Assembly (NCBI GenBank): GCA_965369865.1
Contig: CBDURU010000074.1
Location: 1 to 18,130, forward strand
Reading direction: 5' to 3'
Length of the DNA stretch: 18,130 bases
Origin: an uncultured bacterium
GTDB taxonomy: Bacteria > JAJVIF01 > JAPKYR01
Shown here: positions 1-6,500 of the stretch, piece after piece
Numbering within the stretch: position 1 is the stretch's first letter
Layout of the letters: every line of letters starts with the position of its first letter
Notes under the pieces: generated by a model
Told to the model about the DNA's origin: nothing
Seen by the model: the letters and a program-made list of their open reading frames with translations, nothing else
Database searches by the model: none
Position numbers and translations under genes: made by a program

Positions 1-285
1 TAAATAAAAATTGATTGGATGTATTTAGAATTTAGGGGGACACCTGCTTTTCGACGGGCGAAAAGAGATGTCCCCGATCTCAGTTGGTCTTAAGCAATCA
101 TGGTAAATAAAAATTGATTGGATGTATTTAGAATTTAGGGGGACACCTGCTTTTCGACGGGCGAAAAGAGATGTCCCCGATCTCAGTTGGTCTTAAGCAA
201 TCATGGTAAATAAAAATTGATTGGATGTATTTAGAATTTTGGGGGACACCTGCTTTTCGACGGGCGAAAAGAGATGTCCCCGATC
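1..285. repeat. Tandem array of a 103-bp unit (copies start at 1, 104, 207; third partial; probably continues off the left edge), each carrying a GC-rich REP-like hairpin
   Basis: TAAATAAAAATTGATTGG recurs at 1, 104 and 207. The copies are identical except for one A>T in copy 3. The hairpin GGGGACAcCTgCTTTTCG-acggg-CGAAAAGAGaTGTCCCC lies at 36-75, 139-178 and 242-281. Confidence 0.95.
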
Positions 286-314
286 ACAAATTGTATTGCC
301 GTGCCTGTTAAACG

Positions 315-333
315 TATCAGGTTAATCCTGATA
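315..333. promoter_or_regulatory. Palindromic operator-like site TATCAGG-N5-CCTGATA upstream of the predicted promoter
   Basis: Perfect 7-bp inverted repeat with a 5-bp spacer, ending 17 bp upstream of the candidate -35. Confidence 0.35.
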
Positions 334-350
334 AGGTCGATTATGTATTG

Positions 351-380
351 TTGTTAAATTCTGATTTATTCTGATATACT
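351..380 (+). promoter_or_regulatory. Putative sigma70-type promoter for the giant protein gene
   Basis: -35-like TTGTTA (351-356), 18-bp spacer, and extended -10 TGaTATACT (372-380). Confidence 0.45.
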
Positions 381-542
381 GTCTGCCTGGGTCAGGATGG
401 CTAAAATGCCTGTCCACAAGTGCATTCCGGCTTTTGTCTTTTAATATTTTACGATCATTAATAATCAATACCTGTATAAATCCAGGTCCGGGAATTTTTA
501 TTCTCCGGCTAAGAGGATATATGCATTCACGATTTCCATTAC

Positions 543-548
543 AAGGAG
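543..548 (+). promoter_or_regulatory. Shine-Dalgarno AAGGAG for the 558 start
   Basis: AAGGAG lies 9 nt before ATG 558. Confidence 0.75.
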
Positions 549-557
549 AAAATTTCG

Positions 558-3500
558 ATGCACCAATTTACCACACTTACAAAGAATATCATTCTCGCAG
601 GGTTTAGTCTGGTCCTATTTACGATACTTGGTTTGCCGGCGGCTGCAGCGCCAGTGGTATCGGTCGTGATGCCCGATATAGGGGTACAGGGAGCCGTTGG
701 TTTACAAGTGGATATTATGGGAGCGGGTTTCGAACTTGGCGGTGGCGGTGAGCCGCCGGTAGTGGTCTTTGGGACCGGGAGCGATGGGATCACAGTCATT
801 GGTCCGGTCCTGTTCATTGACGAGTTCAATCTCACGTGTTTTATAGACATCGAAATCACAACGCCTCTCCAGTCTTACACGGTATTCGTCGTCAACCAGA
901 GCGATATGCAGCAGGGATTTCTTGTCGATGGATTTACCGTGCTGGAAGCCCCAACGATTGAAAGCATAAATCCCGGCCAGGGCTACACCGGTGATTTGGG
1001 ACTGGCAATCACAATCAACGGAACCCTCCTCGCGACGACCTACGATATCGATTTTGGATCCGGAATCACACTCGATTCAATCGATAGTGTCAGTCCGAAT
1101 ATAGTTGAATGCAAAATTTCAATCGATTGGCTGGCAACCCCGGGATTCAGGGATGTAACTATCTACACGGAATCAACAAGTGTAACCTTCCCAAACGGTT
1201 TTGAGGTTCTCGCGTACAATCCGCCAATGGTTTCCGGTGTCCTGCCGGACTTTGGATGCCAGAGTGAAACCAACATCTGGCTTACGGTCAACGGATCGGG
1301 ATTCATACCCGGTATAACATTCGATTTTTCACCCCCGGGCATTACAATCAACCAGGTAATTTACGGATCGAGCTCCCTTGTTACTCTCAATATCGATATT
1401 GGGCCATTGGCGCCCATTGGATTGTACGATCTGACATGTACAAACATCGATAACCAGTTCACCACCCATAATGACGCATTCGAGGTGCGGGATTGTTCGC
1501 CTGTCGTGGACAGTGCCTTTCCGACCCAGGGCAATCCAGGCGATACCGGCATAGCGGTCTCAATTTCAGGTTCATATCTTTTCGGTGCGACCGATGTAAG
1601 TTTCGGCGCTGACATAACGGTCCAGAATTTCACTCCGATCAATGAATACCAGATCGATGTAACAATCGATATCGACCCGCTGGCAATACCCGGTTTCAGG
1701 GATATATGGGTAACGACTAAATACGGACTCGGTATCCTTCCAAATGGGTTTGAAATTACCGATATCGTCAACCCACCGCAGATAACGAGTGTAGATCCCG
1801 ACATAGGTTACCAGAATGATATCGCGCTACCGGTAACAATATTCGGACAGAACCTTGAAAATGTTACAGCGGTGGATTTCGGACCCGGTATTTCAGTGAC
1901 ATTCCTCGGTGCATATACGGGTCAGGTCGATGTCTATCTGGATATCGATCTTGACGCGGTACCGGGGTTCAGGAATGTAACGGTTTCCGGCTCTACAGGT
2001 GATGACTCACTGACAAATGGATTCGAAGTGATATCCACAACCCCTTTAATTGAGTTTGTGGTCCCGGACCAGGGCCAACAGGGGTCAATCGATCTGCCTG
2101 TGACCTTAACGGGGCAAAATTTCGTTGATGTAAACAGTGTGGATTTCGGTGCGGGAATTACCGAGGCGATAGTCGGCATTACCGATACAGCCATAGATGT
2201 TTTACTGAATATAGAAGCGCTGGCCACACTTGGCCCGAGAAATGTCACCGTCACTAACATCAAGTTTCAGAGCGATGTTCTTCTGGGTGGTTTTACGGTC
2301 ACCGAAAAACCTGTCAGCCAGCCAGAGATCCTTGGTCTAAACCCGGATTTCGGGTACCAGTCAGACACCGGCCTTGGAGTAACAATAACCGGTTCAGACT
2401 TCATGGACGGTGTTAATGTCAATTTCAACACCAGCGATATCACCGTTCAAACCGTATTCCTGATCGATACAACAACTATTTCGGTCACTATCGACATCAC
2501 CCCGGGAGCGGTACCGGGTTTAAACAACGTCACGGTTGATAATCCTGACGGGGGAGCGGACGTACTGGTCAACGGTTTCGAGATTCGTGAACTCCCGATG
2601 ATCGAATCCATTGACCCGACCCAGGCATACCAGGGAGATACGATCCCATTCAGCGTTTATGGCACCGGTTTCCAGATTGGTGCGACATTCTATGTCGAAC
2701 CGGTCGCAAGCTACTTTGGCATTACATACCAGGTCGATTCAGCGACGCTTATAACAGGCACGTTTGTAATCGACCCTCTCTGCCCGATCGGCTTTGTGGA
2801 TATATTCGTACAAAATCCCGATGGCAAAACGGTGGAGCTGCCCGGGGGATTCGAAGTCCTTGAGACCACTGTTCCTGTCCCTTATATCGAATCGATCATT
2901 CCTTCGAGCGCTTACCAGGGAGACACATTCGGGTTCCAGTTGAACGGCGGTAATTTCGAGGCCGGGGCAACATTTCATGTCGCACCGGTCGCGAGTTTCT
3001 TCGATATCACATTCCAGGTTGATTCACCCATACTTATTTCAGGAACGATTACAATCGATCCTCTCTGCCCGATTGGATTTATCGATCTTTTTGTTGAGAA
3101 CCCATCCGGACATACGGCCTCAATGCTGAACAGTTTCGAAGTCCTTGAGACCACTGTTCCTCTCCCATATATTGACTCGATTATCCCTTCGAGCGCTTAC
3201 CAGGGAGACACGATCGGATTCCAGTTGAACGGCGGTAATTTCCAGACCGGAGCTACATTCTATGTTGAACCGGTCGCGAGTTTCTTCGACATCACATACC
3301 AGGTTGATTCACCGACACTTATTTCCGGAACAATTACAATCGATCCTCTCTGCCCGATTGGACTTGTCGATCTCTTTGTTGAAAATCCGGATGGACATAC
3401 GGCGTCAATGTTGAACAGTTTCGAAGTCCTTGAGACCACCGTTCCACTCCCCCACATTGACTCGATCATTCCAGTGAATGCTTACCCGGACGACACATTC

Positions 3501-6500
3501 GGCTTCCAGTTGAACGGTGGTAATTTCCAGGCCGGGGCTACATTCTATGTCGAACCGGTCGGGAGTTTCTTCGATATCACATACCAGGTCGACTCGCCAA
3601 CTCAAATTTCAGGGACAATCGAAATAGATCCTCTCTGCCCGATTGGATATGTCGATCTCTTTGTTGAAAATCCTGATAGCAATACAGCATCGCTGTACAA
3701 TGGTTTTGAGGTACTTGATTTTTCACCCGAAAGTCCCGTCGTAGATTGGATGGACCCAACCGGAGCATTCCAGGGAGACACGATCAATTTCCAGATAAGC
3801 GGAGGTAATTTCCAGACGGGCGCGACACTTGAATTTCCAGGGCTTGACAGTTTCCTCAGCCTGATATACCAGGTTGATTCAGGAACATTAATCAGCGGCA
3901 CAATGACAATCGACCCGACTGCCACTCCGGGCAGTTACGATGTCAGGATTACCAATCCCGACATGCTTTATGGATCGCTGTTTAACGGATTCACGGTTTA
4001 CGAGCTTGTACTGGAATTAGCAATTGAATCCATTAACCCGTACCAGCTATGCCGCAGGCAATTTACAGAAGTGACAGTTCTCGGGCAGGCATTCGAACCG
4101 GGATCTGAATTTACTGTCGAATATTCTGGATTCCCGACAGATTATGTCCTGGTACAGTCGGTTAATTATGTCAATTCGACGCTGGTCTATGTTCTTATTG
4201 AAGTTACAGATGATGCACCGCTGGACTTTTTCGATCTCAGGGTTGAAAATCCTGACAGTACATATGCATATGGACCCCAAATCGAAGTTATCGAGTGTGG
4301 AGAGGGGCTTCTACTCTGGGAGGAAGGCCTGCTTGATATTCTGATTCAATACGATGGTCCTGCCGGCGTTGTTGTCGAGTCCACTACATCGGCTACGTTA
4401 CAAAATGCCGGGGAGGTTAGCTTCAACGATATAGTGGTCGGAATGACGGGACTGGTTTCCGCTGACGGGGGTGAAATCAGATCTGAAAATATTGAGATTT
4501 TCCCATCACCTGTCGGTGAGATGGGCACCGGTCAAAGTGAGGTCATCCAGGTACGTTTCTCAATACCCATGGACGAGGAACTGGTTCTATTCGGGGGTGG
4601 GGTGTTCATGGGGAGCCTTGTCGCCCGCGACAATGAGACCGGTATGACAGCGTCACTCCCGGTGAGTGTAACTATAATCACAACCGGGACGCAGGTTATC
4701 GAGATCGATCCATTATGCCTGCAGGTCGACCTGCTTGGTCCCGGTGTACCGGCGGGTCAGGTTCCCGGCATTTTTGACATATCGGAAGAATTCCCATCCA
4801 GCCTGGTAGAGTATCTTGGAGGCTGCACCGACCCATTCCCGCTATTCCAATGGACAGCATATGGAAGCGGCTGCGATGGTTACATGGAAACCTGGTTACC
4901 ATCCTTCACAATCAGTGTTTACCCGATCTACCCGAGCCAGTCACCGGAATCGGCTGTATCGAATAATCCCGTATGGAGGGCCGATGGAATCAATGAGGAA
5001 TTCATCCAGTATTCCCCGGCGGCAGAGCCATTATCCGGACTCTATCTCTGGCAGGTGGAAGCCGTTCCCGAACCCATGCCGGGACTGGCAATCAATGTTT
5101 ACAATGAAACCCCTGTGATGTCTGAAATCCGGGCGTTCTGTGTCGAGACAGATGAATTCCAGGAAATTCCTGAATTCATTATCGAAGGCGACATCATGTG
5201 GTTCCCGCAGTCGCTCGTACTCAACGGCGCCGGGATGGTTGAGGGGAACCTTGTACTCTCGCACGAAATAATTTCGAACCTTGGAACAGACCCGATCTCA
5301 ATCTCATGGCAGGATGCTGAAACCGGAGACACGCTTGTAACCTGGTTAGGCAATGTCGCGGTTCTTCAATTGTCGTATGAAAGCCCCGTACCGGATTTCG
5401 GACCTGTAACAATTCCGTTCGGTGTGAACCTTGCACCGATCGGCAATGTCGGCCCGGAGATGGGCCCGGAGGATTTCGTTATACAGTTCTGGAATGGCGG
5501 GAGCCTGATTTGCGGAACCGATCTGGGATTGAGTCCTTCGGGACAGTTAACCGGTATGGCTGATATAGGCGGGTCCGTTTCGACTTTCGACCTGACAATC
5601 ATCTGGCCGTGGGAAGATCCGTGCTGGGAGGTCTGGCTCGATTGGTGGCTTGCTAAAACTGAGCTGGATGAAGATTGTGAGGATGAATGGGATGCCCTTG
5701 AGGAAGCCGAAGATTTGGTGCAAGAATTCCAGGACGCACTTAATGAGGCCAATGAGGCCCTTGACGAAGCCCTGGATGCGTACCTTGATAAATTAATCGA
5801 AAGCATGCAGGCCGATCTCGCGCTTGAATCCGCCCAGGAAGCCTGCGAAGACTTTTTCGCAAATCACATATTTTCCAATGTTATCAATTTCTCAGATCCC
5901 GGCGGGGAGGGCTGGAGTTACTTCGAAGCGTTCGGCGGGCAGGTAGGAATCTGGTTCCTTGGTGATGAGGGCGCCGAACTTCTGAATTTCTTCATGGATG
6001 AATACGGCAGTGAGTACAACGCACTGTGGGATCAACTTCGTGAAGCTCAGGATACCAAAGACGAAGCCGACGAAAATTTAGAAGATGCTGAAAATGCGTT
6101 TGATGACGCGAGTGATGCACGTGACGCCGCACAACAGGCATTAGAGGACGCTAACGACGAATACAATGTCCTGCTTGCCGATCTGAACAATTGCCTGGCG
6201 TATATGAACTACCTCGCAGAATATGTCGCATGGCTGGAGTGGTTCTATGAAGATTGTTTCAGATCGTTACCCGGTGGCACAAGCTCCGGTGTTGGTACGC
6301 CGGGACTCGAGGGTGGAGCGCAGGGTCCGCCGATAGATGAGGGCACCCAGCCCGGTGGCGTTACTGAAGACAGTGGAACCGACACACAACCCGGAACGGA
6401 TACCGGTATAGGTAGAGGCACCGGGGATTGTCCATGCGATGACTGTGATGATGAATACGCCGATCTACTGATCGCTGAACTGTTCCTCGAACTTGCGGAA

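Noticed and set aside
1..285. CRISPR array
   Set aside because: The sequences between hairpins are identical rather than unique spacers, the period is 103 bp, and no cas genes are in the window.
521..607. Upstream overlapping 28-aa ORF (MHSRFPLQ...) with AGAGGA
   Set aside because: The SD-to-ATG spacing is only 3 nt and there are no coding features; likely chance.
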